Origin: Ophelia neglecta | Taxonomy: Eukaryota | DNA: 64,000 nucleotides | Assembly (NCBI GenBank): GCA_965285935.1 | Contig: OZ260664.1 | Location: 72,540,001 to 72,604,000, forward strand | Reading direction: 5' to 3' | Part shown: positions 39,130 through 53,500 of the stretch, one piece after another | Position numbering within the stretch: position 1 is the first letter of the stretch | Layout of the letters: each line of letters starts with the position of its first letter | Program-made: the position numbers and the translations under genes | Notes under the pieces: generated by a model | The model's input: only the letters and a program-made list of their open reading frames with translations | Told to the model about the DNA's origin: nothing | The model's database searches: none

Positions 39130-42100
39130 TATAACAATCGTGGAATCCTTCCATTATCACATTACCTACTTTTCAAATAATTTCCTTTCTTCTTACAGGA
39201 AAGTTTGATGAAATATTTACATTTCATTTCACATGCTATAAATGAATATCACAGATGCTTTCCTAAAATCACAGCAGGCCTAGACACACTTGGCTGCACT
39301 GCATGGTGTTCCACACTGGATCAGTGATCGAGGTTCTCACATTTAGTATGTGTAACTACCAATTCTATGAAGATTGAGTATTGTATCTTCTTCAAGCACA
39401 TCACATAAAAACATCCACAGGAATCCTATGAACAATGGTCGAATTTATACACAGCCACCATTCGTCACAAGTGGCGGAATGAAGTGTCCACTGCCACTGT
39501 CAGGTCATCATCCAGTCTTTGGTCATCATCCAATAACATACCTGTGCCAAATAGAAAACCAACATCATCATTCATTCTTATCGTTTTCCCATCTGCCCCC
39601 CAGTGAAAGGTATAAATTGATAGTAACACTATCAACATGATGGCATTCGTGCCTAGGCGACAAGCCCCAGCGACTACTGCACAAAGTCACACTTTCTCCT
39701 CATTTAAGGCTTAAATTCATATGATATCAACTATACAGGCTGCTGGTCATAGATCGATGATGCCAGTGTAAAAACACGTTACGAAGACATGAACATAATT
39801 ATAAATCAGTAAGATGGTATGTGCAATTAATATGCCAATTATCCACTTGCCCCTACATGTGTCATGAATTAGCTTTCAAAACTAACACATACAGTATATC
39901 TATATCTATATAATATGGCAATACATGTAATAGGTAAACAAAGAACTGGCAATAGATGTAGACTAGCCATACATTATTGCAAGAAAAAATTTGTAAAGCA
40001 CATGTAATCCAAAATATGTACATTGTCTCAAATTTGATCTCAGCTTCTGAGCAAATATGACAATACAATGTACACATGACATTCATTTACATCTCAAGGG
40101 TGTGACAGTTGGCCGAGCGATCTGTTGGGGTTTTTGGCAGCAATACCTTAACGGGTGCCTCAACTGGCACAGATAGATAGGCCTACGGCGGCTAGCAAAT
40201 ATAATGTAGATAGAAAAATTAAACGTTGCTGGTAATTGCATAGGATTCCATATGTGAGATTGCCAAAAACATAACATCCCTTTGATTTGCACAATTGGCT
40301 TCAACATTTTGAGGCTAAATCATTTAAACAAATCAGTTACAGATGTACAATTGCGCAGAATACATTCAGGTGGCTATGCTTTGCGGTTTTTTGATAGATC
40401 GGTTTTTGTACATGTATTTTCAATTTCAGTTTATATTTACACAGACGTACACCTATGGTGTTAGGATATATTTTAATAAAGTCTCCCTCCGATAAATCTA
40501 AGAAACACCCTGCTAGAGACTAAAACAAGCACTTAATCTTTGAAAGTGATACATTCTCTGTTTGTAAGTGATATATTTTGACTTATTTCAAGCTGTATGT
40601 AAAAACACATATTTTAGTGTCCAATTTAAAGTTTTGATAAAACACAAAACAGGAAAATTGAAATTTATGGTGGACTTGTAAACTTTAAAATTTGCGTATA
40701 TAGTGTAGGGTGAAAAGGTATTTACTAGAATGGTGATCAACATATCATTATGTAGACAACCCTTAACCACATATAGAATGACAAGAAATAAACACATTTT
40801 TATGGTCTCTCCTACTAACTTCCTATTGAAATAAACTGATACAAAATCAGGGAGGTGAAAATTTGCCATTCAAAATTTATAACAGCATAAAACATTTTAC
40901 ACTTAGAACTGTTTGATGATGGGGATCTGTCAGGGGAAACAGTCTCCAAATGACTGTACACATTGATCTGACATATACTATTGAGAAAGACGAGCATTGT
41001 TGATCAGTGTCATTAATTTTGAAGAAACGCAGTATTGTTACTACAGTGTGGTCTTTTCATCCAGTTCTTCTCCTGCTGAAAGCTCATGACAAGCCTTCAA
41101 AATAAATCCACAATTTTGTGCATCACTGAACACAGATAAACACTTAAAATTGAGTCTATGTAGGCTACCATTATACCATGTTTTTATTAATGTACCTTCG
41201 TATGTCAAGGATACAGTCTGTAGCAGGATGTTTAATCATTAGTAGATTGTAACACTTGCCAAAGTATCAATACCTCAATTTAATGACCAGATAAGATGTA
41301 AATAAATAACCAAATAATACATTGATGAATAGGAAGTAAATTGGTGGTGATAAAAGTGAACCCAATTCTTTATGCCACAAGTAAAAATATTTATAATAGA
41401 GAACAGCCCATGTGTTGACTAGCTTGTATTGCCTCATTTTGCAATTGGGAAACCAAACTTTTTGGTATGCACAGGCAGCAGAGAGTACAGGTACACCAAT
41501 ATACACATACACATACATGGACATGTGTGTAGAATTGCTGGACCAACACAAAGACAGTGGAGAAAATTAGCTACCAGTATACCATCAACTCATGATCAAG
41601 AACAGTATTACTTTAAATAAATGTTAATCATTTTGCACACAAAAAATATCATTCAATGTTAAGTAATTCATTTTGATATACATGTATGACAAGAAGACTG
41701 AGTTTTTATTCTAGTACAATAATATGTACTATGTATGTATTCTAGGTTAATATGTGGACCATATGCACCAAATTATATCATGGTGTAATGTTATTGTTCT
41801 AAGCATCACACAGTTTGTGAGTAAACATCTGTGCTACATGATTGTGAAAACAAGATGACACCTACCTTAGACCAGTCTCGGGCATTTCTCCTGAGTGCTA
41901 CATCCAAAACCCAACAGTGACATAGCAAACTCAAATAGAAATTTATACCACCCACTTCATTGGACAATTTGTATGCAAGTAGCATTATCATATATATGGC
42001 ATATAAATAATGTGGCCTGTAAACACCACTGCAAGAGATGAGTATTGAATCAAGTGACATAACTGAAGAAATTTTTTAAGTTGATTGCTAAAGTTAGCTA

Positions 42101-45100
42101 CTGAGATAAGTATTTACTAAAGTTTTGAAGATCTATACTTCAAACATGTATGGTTTTAAACCTTGCAAAATGTACACAGTTATGTAAGGGGCAGCCCTAG
42201 GAAGCAGTTTGCAAATATGGAACAATGCCTCCTAGGTATTTAATATAAAACAAAGACCACACTCTTTAATTCCTCAATTAATACAGGAAAATATTGTCTT
42301 TTTAGAATACCTGCAACTAACGAGAAGAAGCAGACCTAACAATCAAGCAATTTGTTGGCCACAATGTGTTAACAATCTATACAATTCTATCTATACAATT
42401 TGAATCAACAAGATATGTCTTGTGAATAGTCCTGGCTTTACTACCAGCCCTGCCTGACTCTATAGATGGTATCAGTAGCAAATAGACCAATACAATATTC
42501 TATTATTGCATTGCCCAAATCTCTAAATTAATTGTTTCCTAGCAGTATAGCCTATTTATCATTTGTTTTTCTAAGAAGACCAGTTTCATCCAGTCTTGTT
42601 ACAATTGGACAATAAATAATCCAACCTCAGGTGAACATTTACATCAGTTCGCTAAGCTCACATGTAACCCAATAAAAATTATACTACATGAAATGCCAGC
42701 TCTTGGCAATGATATTTAACACCTACCAATAGGCTACCATATTTCGGCTCTCTGCCATGAGATGCTAAGCACAAGTCAACAACAGATTCCTATGCATTAA
42801 GTAGGTAAACACTGAGACAATTGATTGAGACAGTATTCTGATGAGACAGGTAACATGTGGAGATAAAAATTCAAGCTTTGCAAAAGGCAAATAAATTGAT
42901 ATAAAGCTTCTGGGCAAATATCGTCCTCGCAACGTGCAGAGACTGCTACAAGTACATTTATTCGATTTCTTAATACACACATTACTATAATCATGCTAAT
43001 TTTGTAAATAAAATGTTCTGGCTTAGATATTCTTAAGGTATAGACTTTTATAATATGATTTAAACTAACTGAAGGAAAATGGCACGGAAAAGAATTAATA
43101 ATGTGCTTACAATGCTGCAGACTTTACTCATGAAACTGATTAAATTACAAAAATCTGGGATCCATTTGATTAGTCTTATAATAAACCTGTACATGTATTG
43201 TACTGCTAACGGCCAACAGTGCTATGTTATTATAAATATTTAAAGGTGTATCTGTATTTATATTCTGAGCATAAATTTACTTTTCATGCTTTTGACATTA
43301 CATTTTACATGTACATGTCTCTGGTTTTTCTTAGCAACCTTATAATAATTAATTGTTTAAGTTCTTATAGGGGGTTGAAGTGAAACAATTTAATTCCAAT
43401 ACTTTAAGTTAACTTGGAGAATACCTTGACATTCCTTTTGCCTTCGCTATTGAAATATGTAGAATACCAGTAAACTGGCATATTACAAAAGTTACATGCA
43501 CTTAGAACCAAACTTCACACAATAGCCTAGCTTATAAGCTTCAAACTATACGATGACCTGTTCAGTATTATCAAACTGTTTCTGAACAGCAGGAAAGAAT
43601 CTTTAATAGCACAGCCATGCAACAATAGAAACGGTAAGTGTGCTTGACCAAGCATTGAAACTGGAGCATGGACAATGGCAGAATAGCCTTCATGGCTACC
43701 TTACAACAAGAGGAAATAATCAGCGAGCCATTGTAGTCTTACTCCCCCCCCCCCCCCCATCCCTGAATGACACTGACTAATCAATGCCTTCCATATAGGT
43801 AGATCCTTGAAACCTAAAATTAGAACCTTTGTTAGATTCAAATGATTTTTTCACCCCAACACTGCCTTTTAGAGTTAGCATTTTTATTATTTTTGCTGAA
43901 AAAACCTTTTATTAAGCCAGAACAAGACATCAATAATTTGTCTCTACACCATCCATTTGAGTAGAATAAAATGAATTTTAGCTAACACTCGGACAAAGAG
44001 AGAAAAGACTAGATTGAACTGGCCTGTATTGATTGGCAGTCTACCTTGATGACTAATGACTGGCCACTGAATACAACAGAGACTGATTTAAACACAGACC
44101 TATTTGGAGGGGGAGGGGGAGGGCAGAGGATCAGGAGCCCTATCCTGTTTGTTCTCACATGCCATCCAGAGTCTCGTGAGGGATTGTAGTTTTTCCTCCC
44201 AGGCTGGCAGAGGAGGGGGGATGTTAGGGCTTGAGATGCAGACCTATTCAAAGACCCCCCCCCCCTTCCCTCCTCTTCAGAAAATCCTTGATCCTCCAAT
44301 ACATTAATGTATTAATGTACAGACTGATAGCAGATTTAGCATATTAACTGCTCCTAAATGTCCATGGCTGAAGCTGGGTATTAAAGGCATGTCAAGCTTA
44401 TTATATTAATAATAATTCTGTGTGCAAAGCCAGGTACAATCAGCTTCTGTATCCTCTTAATTTCATGGCCAATTATACAAAATAACAAAGGCATTCTGAG
44501 CAATACAATCACCAATGTCGAATAATTAACAAAAAAAAGCGTTACGTAAAAGTTTACAGAAATTGTTCACAGCTAGAAAAACAGCCAGTTATAAAATAAA
44601 ATAGATCCACTGAAACAATTTCATTTAAAACTAACTTCCTAAACATGGGTCTTCCCATGAAGAGCTTCCCACGGTTAAGTTGTCCATGGGTAATGAACAT
44701 ACCACCACCCTCAATAATACTTTTTCCGTGACCTCTAATAACTAGACATAAGGACCTTTGGGCTTTCATAGAACAACTTGGTCAACATTCAACGATAGTA
44801 GATGTGCTTCAGAGTAATTAATGGAAAGCTAATTGATAATTATTACATATTGTTATAATTAGACATAATGTACATGTGTTCACTGACAGGGCAACACAAA
44901 CTGTCACAGAATATATCTTGACACACATGTGACAACGCTCAGACACATCAAATAGTCTCGTCCCATCAAGCAAAAGACAGATTTCAACCTGGCCCTACCA
45001 GAATAATTGGTTCTGAAGGTAAAACTGCCTTTGACTAAATGATTGATCAAGTTGTCAACGTTTATATTATTCAAATTCCACAACCGAATAGTCAAGAGTT

Positions 45101-45429
45101 AAGAATTTCACAGCGTCTGTTAACTGTATAGTCCTATTCATTGCGGTATGTAAAGCCCACCCTAGTTTCGTACAGCAGCTGACATGTCCCACTGGTGAGA
45201 AGACATTGTCCACAGCCACATGCCGAATACACGCAAGAGGCTGATCAAAGAAGCCATGAAATACACATCCACGCTCACCTAGCGGATTCTGTCTTTGTCA
45301 TGCATTTTCCAACCTAAACATGCTGCTTGCTCATACGAAATACATTCAACATTCAACATTTCACTAACCTTTCGATTAAAATGAAAACCCTCTGAGAAGA
45401 ATGTATCCAAAAACCTGGTTCTGTAATTC

Positions 45430-45630
45430 TGGCGTCTTTCCAATGCGAACCATAACAAACCTACACGCTTCCGTGGTTGTGTTTCCGGAGAGCGCCGTCT
45501 AGTGGGAGGCGGTGACTGACAGGTGGGACTACCGAGGCTTTCAACCTGGGTCTGACGTCATTATTAGCACCAGGGGGCGACACTGTGAGAGCAGTTTGTG
45601 GAAGCAGTTGAAGACGGCAACGATAACTCA
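45430..45630. promoter_or_regulatory. CpG-rich promoter/insulator-like patch between the SH3 and channel genes
   Basis: Local CpG enrichment; CTCF-like motifs gcgccgtctagtgg (~45492) and caccagggggcgac (~45568); CRE tgacgtca (~45553). Plausible TSS region of the SH3 gene; motif-level evidence only. Confidence 0.35.
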
Positions 45631-47579
45631 AATATAGGGCTCCATTATGGATGTCCCGGGGGGGGGGGGGGGGGGGGGGGTGGAGAGAAAATATATTAAC
45701 CTTTAAAAACAAATGCCTTGGTAAAAGGATAAGCGTTGAAATGGTGGTCTATGGCAACTTTTTAGAATCTTGTAGGAAAATTCATTGGGCTTGTTTTGAT
45801 TATTTCTCATAATTACTTTGAGGCCATCTAATTATAAAGTTTGGTTCCTATAATCATCCCAAGAGGGAAAAATCCAGGGACGAATTTTAATTCATATAAA
45901 CGTTGTTTGAGCCTAAATAAGAAGAAAAAACACTTAAAAAGACACTTAAAATTTCATTTTAAACAATTTTTGCAGGCGATTTTTGGAATCTTATATTCCA
46001 TTGACAAAAATGGACCAACGAAAAAGATGACCTTTAAGCTACAATAAGAGTATTTCCTACACATGCAGGGGTCATGCAGTAACATTTCACCGTCTACACT
46101 AAATGAGTGCATTTGGTCCATGAATATGGGCTTAAATGTTTGTGACCATGGCGATAAGTATTAAGAAATCCTTCTTTTTATTACTATATCTATTTAATAA
46201 GCATGGCAATGTCTCGTAATTATACGGGTGTTATAATTATAAGTTATGTTTATTAAAAGCATTAAAAAAGGGAAACAATACCGAACGGGGGGGGGGTTAT
46301 CATTATTATCAATATCTTGACACAAGCATATTAAAAATTACAAGTAAAAGAATCTTAGCCGTCATTTTTCCAGCGTCCTACACAGGGGGGGGGGTAGGTC
46401 GATTCAAATCGATGCAAGTCGGCAACATATCGATCTACACATTTGGATGTTGTTCATTAATAGGGCATAACTATTCTAAAATATACAAAACAAAGTTAAT
46501 ATGATGTCATAAGCCCTATTAGTTATAAATTGGAGCAATTAAAGGCAACTTGCTAAGTAGCCATCTTTAACACATGCTCCCGTCTTAACAAGATGCTGGT
46601 GCTGCCACCTTATGCCCAGCATCGGACCAGTAGTGCAACCCAACCCATTTTGATAATGTGGCTTTCGAATGGCTTGTCACAAAATCTGCCAGTCAACGAA
46701 GTTACCAAAAACATTACCAAGGCGGCTCTTTTTGAGCTAGGGTCCGAGACTAAATGCGAACGCTTGAGCTGATCGTGAAACCATGAAATATGTAAAAATA
46801 TAACACAAATAATAATAACTCAACATCACCTAGGGCTATTGGCTCATTAATGATAGGTTCACATTGCACCACTGTATATTTATTTTGCACTAGGCAAGAA
46901 CTAAACGGATAGAGTGATTGAAAAGTACATGGGAAACAATAATGAGATTAAGAAAAAAATAGTTTGACTCACCGCCGTGTTTCAAAATAAAAGTACAAAA
47001 ACATCTCAATTATTGACCATTATTTATAAGTATTGCATAATTTAATAATATAGATAAATAATATTATGACTACAGAGCAAAATATATTTACTGGTATATA
47101 CATAAAATTAATTGACAAATTGAACATTATCTGATGAAAAGACTTAAGTAGTCATTAAGGAAAATGGTGTCGTCTATTGAATTTAAACCAGCTGTACGTT
47201 GAACACTTCTTGTAATAGATAAATATGTTACCAATTTACATTGACATAAACTGCTATTGTATAAAGTGAAATATTATCTTTTAAAGTGGGCGCTATTTAT
47301 GTGAAATCCTTTCGGAAAATTCGTTATGTTACACAATATAATAACGATTTTAATAAGATAACAAATAGTAACATTGACATGACCAAAGTTTAACATATAT
47401 TTATAAACCTAGGGACCTATATACATACACATAAAGAGCAATATTATTAAGTGAAACATAATTATTTAATGTTTAGACAATTTATGCGATTTTACACATT
47501 GAAATATTATTTTTCTTCGTCCAGGAAACCATGTGTAGCGCCAGCGTTGCAAGTGCAAAAACGTAGACTAATAAATCGT

Positions 47580-50500
47580 CTAGGTATGCAGTGTTTGACT
47601 ACTGTAATTCCTTGCGTCTCTATCATGAAGAGACGCTGCGAAATTACCCTTTTCTCTTCCATTTCCTATAATCGAAAATATGAATATATGTTTTTATTCA
47701 AATAGAAATGTGCTTCTTATCCAAAGAAATAAGGGAACAGTGTTATATAGGAAATTATAAAAGTACCTTGCATTTCTTTATCAGAGATTTCCGGGGGTCG
47801 CGTCTGTTTTCCAGTATTTCGACACTTAAGGATTGAGTGGTATAAAATGAGATCCAAAACTTCTATAACAGTTAAGGCACTCGCTCCCAATAAGAGCCCC
47901 ATGTATCCTCCAACTTCACCTAAATAATTACATAACCTCAAATACATTTTATGATATGCGATGGCTTATTAATATAACTGGCATGTTCGGTTTATGAGTA
48001 AAGAATAGTTTAAAACTTACTTAAGTAATTAGGAATTTCATATTTTGGCATTTGCTCAAACACCTCATGTCGGAGTTGAGCAAAGAAAATGTCGATCTTC
48101 ATAAAGTTCTGCCTGGAAAAAGGTTTTTTTCTAATGCATATTAAATCAGTATCATATTGGATCACATTTGATAAATGGACACTGTTCAATCACAAGGTAA
48201 TTTTATAGTTATTAATTTAACAGTAATGATTCAATGCCGCACAACCACAATATTTTAACATTCATTAAGTTATCTTCATAAAAATAAGTAGTATTAACGA
48301 CACCTGACAAATGCATCATTGATGTGCAGTGAGTTTAAGTAGTTCTGCATAATTCTGTTCAGCTCATCCAGTGAATTTGTTAACTCCCCTTTTTTGTACC
48401 CTATGTCCAGTTCCAACGAAGAAAGGCTACTTCTCAACTCCCCAATATACTCCTCGAGAATTGTGTTCAAATTCGCTAATCCTGTTTCTTGCATGAATAT
48501 TTCCATAGCGGAGTGACTTCTCCACAAAGTCCTAAAATCGTTGTACACAAATTCAACGGCTGACTTGGCGTCCTCTGGCGGGACTGGTTTGAGCCATATC
48601 CGCGCTTCCATTGCGAATTTGTCCAGCCCTGGGTGTCTTGTGTATTCCTGCAGCAAGGTCAGCTGGTGAATGAAATCAGTGTACCACGTATTGATACTGG
48701 AGGCTGTGTCGGAAAGGCCAACTCGGACTGTGGTAACCATGCGCTCCGTGACGTTTAACACGTATGCATCAACCAGGTCCTCAATATCATCTATCAGATA
48801 AGAAGTTAGCAATGTTGCCAATTCACTGTACCTGGTTAAATTTGCATAATACATCAATGCATTGTCATTAATAACTTTCAAACTAGAATCTAATTGAACC
48901 CTCGTGTCTTCGATGTTAAATAAACCTGCCGCACTTCTGGTGTATTTCGACCTCAAGCCACGAATACCCTTTTCCGTTATTTTCAACCAGTTGACAATGT
49001 TGTCGAAAGTATTAGAGTAATCAGTCGTGCAGACTTTCAGCATATCTCCTGAACCTAAAAAGGCATCGACAGCTGCTGACGCATCTGCAACATCTAGTGT
49101 GTATGCGTCGCTGGAGTTACCCACATTGACAGTCATTCCGACAAGGATAGACTCCAGCCATTCAGTTACATTAAGCATGTCTCTTACAAAGTCCAAACAT
49201 TCTGCTTCCATTTCTTCTGATCGCCACATGGTCTTTACAACCCATTGGTCAGTCGACAGGGGCGCTGTTTTTATCGTATTAGAAAAGTAAAGTAAAGATT
49301 TTTTCATCATCCTTACTTTCTGCATTACATAATGTACATCGGTGTCGTCGTTTATTTCTTCAGATGAACTCGATAGGGTCAAATGTGTTAGGCCTGATGA
49401 GGCGTCTTCGAAGCTTTTAATAACAAGAACACTTATTCTTGACCAAGCAATGTTGGATTCCCTCATCTTTGCGCATATATATTCAAGTGGAACAACAATA
49501 TCTTCATTGACTACATCCAACAGTTTTAACATCGCTGACTCTGCGGTGTGAACTGTTTCAATGGTTCTGTCTGTTGAAATTAGCATTAACCGATCATATG
49601 TTTCAGTGACATTTCTGAAAGCTCCTATTGTTATTTCAAAATATGAGGAGTCCACTCTCTCTGTGATGTCCATCGCAGCCTTGTAGTCAGTACCGAGCTC
49701 TGCCCTGTAAGAATCGTCTAGCATGGAGTTGAGACTGTGTTTTGATAAGGTAGCATAAGAAAGATCGGCGCTGTACACCGGTCGAATACAAGGATCTGGA
49801 CACAAACAGCCATCTCGCTGGATTCCTGTTTGGTCTGAAGAGGTATTATGTTGATATTCAGAAACAAGCAATGTAATTATTTGGGTTGTTCTCAGAATAC
49901 ATTAACACAAGTCCTTGCGTTAATAAATTATAAAATGGGAAAATAAGTAAGACATCCTATATAAATGTAAGGTGTTTTTATGGTTGATCTGTTACCAATC
50001 AATGCTAACCAAATATATAAATTCGATTATGATTATTTACGTAAAACAATGCATAGGACATCAATGTCACGAGATCATGCTTATTGATAGATGTAAAGAA
50101 TGTCACGAGATCATGCTTATTGACAGATGTTAAGAAATAAACCAAAAAGTACAAAACTGAGATTGTTTCAGCCAATCGGATGAGATTGTAAGACCTACAT
50201 TATCATTCGTTCATGACACATATCAAGTGACATCAATTCATTTCACCAGCGGGTAAATTTACTCACATGTTGCTGGAACAGCACAGTCCAGGAATCTCGG
50301 GAGGTCACAAGTCGGATATTTATCTGTCAATGAATCACATATTTCTATCATAATTCTGTATTCAAGATAACGCAACTTAAGACCTTAATGTCGCTTCATA
50401 GATGTTTACTTATCAAAAGCACATGTTGCAACTCACTGGGCATGTACGCATCCACACAGTGACAGGTGTCATATAAGTTTTCCATCTCACACTGCCTCTG

Positions 50501-53500
50501 GCATTTAGAATATGTGTAGTTTTGACCTGGGTAGGACTCTAGGTCTATCTCCCCGCAATCGCCGTACGGGGCCCCTAAACTCTTGTACTGAAATAACATC
50601 TTCGAAGATTATTGGCGCCATTTCACAAATAAACCCTCACTAGGCGTTTCCGATTCATATTGCCTTATTCCAAAATATATTGTTACACACTTGGCTGAGT
50701 TTGACCCCGACTAGGGCATGGACACCGGGGGATAAGGCAAAACCTATATCCCTTAACAATGGTTCTTCGTCTGGAGAGTGTAACAGCACCTAAAAATATC
50801 TGGCATTCCTTTATCACCTTTACATTGATTAACACTATAACATTCTGGTTTGCTCACATTACATTCTCAGGCGCAGTTCAGGAAGCCCCACTGAATTGTT
50901 AGTCAGTGGTCGTACGTGAGGTTCGAAATTACGGTTAAAGCTAAGTGTCTAGTGATACCTTTACACCAATGTCAGTAAGAGGCCCTCTGGTGTATTGGTA
51001 CAGTTCCGTGTTGAGAAGTAAAGTCATCCCGAATTGAGAACCTGTAGATTAAATAGTTATCATTACTCACTTTCTTACTACATGTATTCTATAGGAAAAT
51101 AACTAAGACGAACAATTGAAATACGCACCTGTTTTGTTTAGGCTAAGTTGTTCATCTTTGACTAAATTCAAGGAGACGCAGAGTCCCGAGTCGGTTAAAA
51201 CTTCCTGAATGTGGTTAAGACTGCATTCTGATCCTCGCCATTTGCAGCTTTTGGAACGAATCCAAATAAATAACAAATTGTGTACTCATTATGGTACAAT
51301 CACAGCATAATTATTATGATCAATTAGATAATTCAGGAAAGCCAAACCTGTGAAGTAATTTCTGCCTCTGATGTCCAGTATATTTATACAATTCCATCAA
51401 ACTTAGTTCCTCTGTTCGAAAGAGAAAAAAACATTAATATGCATGTTTACCTTACTTGAAGCGCAATCACTATCACTAGTAATACTGAAAAATGATCTGT
51501 AATATCCCTACCAATGCAGTCGTATTTTTATACAAGTATTTGTATTCATAACTACAGAATTGTCTATCAACGCACTTCTCCGCTCGGTCTTGATATGGCC
51601 CAATTTTCCAGACTAGTGGACTGTTTTTGTCTATCAAATATACACTCCTTTTTTTATTAAAAGTGACGGTGCCCGAGTTTTCATTCACTACCCAATGTGT
51701 GTTATATATCATACTGATACTGACATTACTAGATGCTTACCAGAATTATTATTGAAGAACGCATCCAATGTAAAGACGTCCGTTTCTGACAGTCCATCAG
51801 ATGAGTCTCGAGTTTTTACCACCCCCTCAAGTTGAAGGTATTTACTTTCTCCTGGTCACGCGGTAAATAATTTCATAAGCAAATCGACTTCTATGAGAAT
51901 GGTTGCATTTTAGGAAAGTACAATCGAAATAGAATTTGAATAATTGCGAACAATTACTACACAAAAGTTAATGAATAATAGACTAGTCATCGACACTGTT
52001 GGATAAAAACCATGTTTTCCTTTACATGACATAATATGTAATGTTAATGGTGTACCAATTGTAAAGAGAAAAAGGGATCGGACACATGGCAGAAAAAGTA
52101 AAACAGTTAATCAGATAATGAATGAATATGACTTTATCGCTGAAGGAAACAAGCCTTGTGATTGTATACATCAGTACATTCAAAGGTTTTATTATTACAT
52201 AACATATACGGCCATAAATAAATGTGATCAACTGCCATCATTGCTGCCTGGAATAGATAATCTTACCTGATGTACGGTACCAAAACTGTTTTATGCAAAA
52301 TATTAAACTACTTCTACAATATAAATAAATTTTTAAACACTTACTATAATTGCAAAATCCCCACTCTCCTTCTTGTAAATAACACCAATATCCTGTAGCA
52401 CCTTCTCTTGTACATTGGGAGTATGTATTCGAACTGTACTCAAAAGGGAATGCACACTTCCCAATTTCACCATTTACCTTCGTTGCAGTTATCATACCTG
52501 ATCCTTTTACAAAGACATAAAATGTGTATCTAGAGTATGATGTACAATTCATACTAAAAAGTTCATTGGTAGAATCATATAAGGCTGATAGGAATCGATG
52601 GTCACACGTCTTGTGGTTTGAAAGACATGGTTTTGTTAGGGACAAAGAGAAATATGTGGGTCCTTGTGGCTGCTGGTTTTATGGCGCTTTCAGATTTAAT
52701 GGAATACTCTTGATAAATAATTTTGCTATGCCTGCCGGGTATAGGCTTCCGTTTTATTCTATCAGTTATTCCAGACCCATTTATTTTTATTGGTTGTGAC
52801 TTAAGATCGTGCTATTTCTTTGATATATAAACACTAATGATTGCGTTACGTCAGGCGAAACTAAATTTGTCAGAAATACTGCTGATCGGAAAAAAATGGC
52901 ATGAAGTCGACAAAAATAGCGTGGGGCTAAAAGTACACAATTTCGAACATACCCCGGGAAAAATGTTATTACATATTGAACCGGGTAGGGACAAAAGCGA
53001 AGACAGTGTACGTGAAAAATAATTTTTTTATATCAAGGAAAAAATTACAGAAAGGAGGGTTATGCCATCGGCTCTTGTTATTTTACCTTTACGTTCCTTT
53101 CAAGGGCGAATACCTCACAATTTTCACTATGAGTCCAATATTAACTTTAAATGTTTTATCGGTTTACCGGTTTAACATATAACGTGTTCTCTTATGTATA
53201 TATTTGCTACCTGCGTTTCATATATACCAACCAAATAGGCAGTAGCCCCATTTTCTTCCAGTGTCGAAATTTGACGTTGTGCTGCACCAAAATCGGCCTG
53301 TCATACTTTGCCAATTTGTACATCTGTCAAATATCATTCCATCGAATTCAAATGGAAAGTGGCAATACTCGCCATTGTCCGACAGGATTTCGCCTATCAA
53401 TTGAATTAGACTGAAGTGATAGTAAACCTTTCTCGGTAGAAAGTGGTTTAAATAATAATTTGCAAATAACGTGTGTATTACCAGGGCACACTACGTTTGC

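Noticed and set aside
2050-45680. Scattered poly-G/poly-C tracts (e.g. 2066, 5043, 7204, 43724, 45657) producing Pro/Gly-rich ORFs
   Set aside because: Low-complexity tracts, probably ends of small DNA elements; no paired termini could be established.
51476-51890. Possible extra channel exons (ORF 51476-51712 and donor at ~51740)
   Set aside because: No unambiguous phase-consistent acceptor/donor pair found; the model is complete without them.
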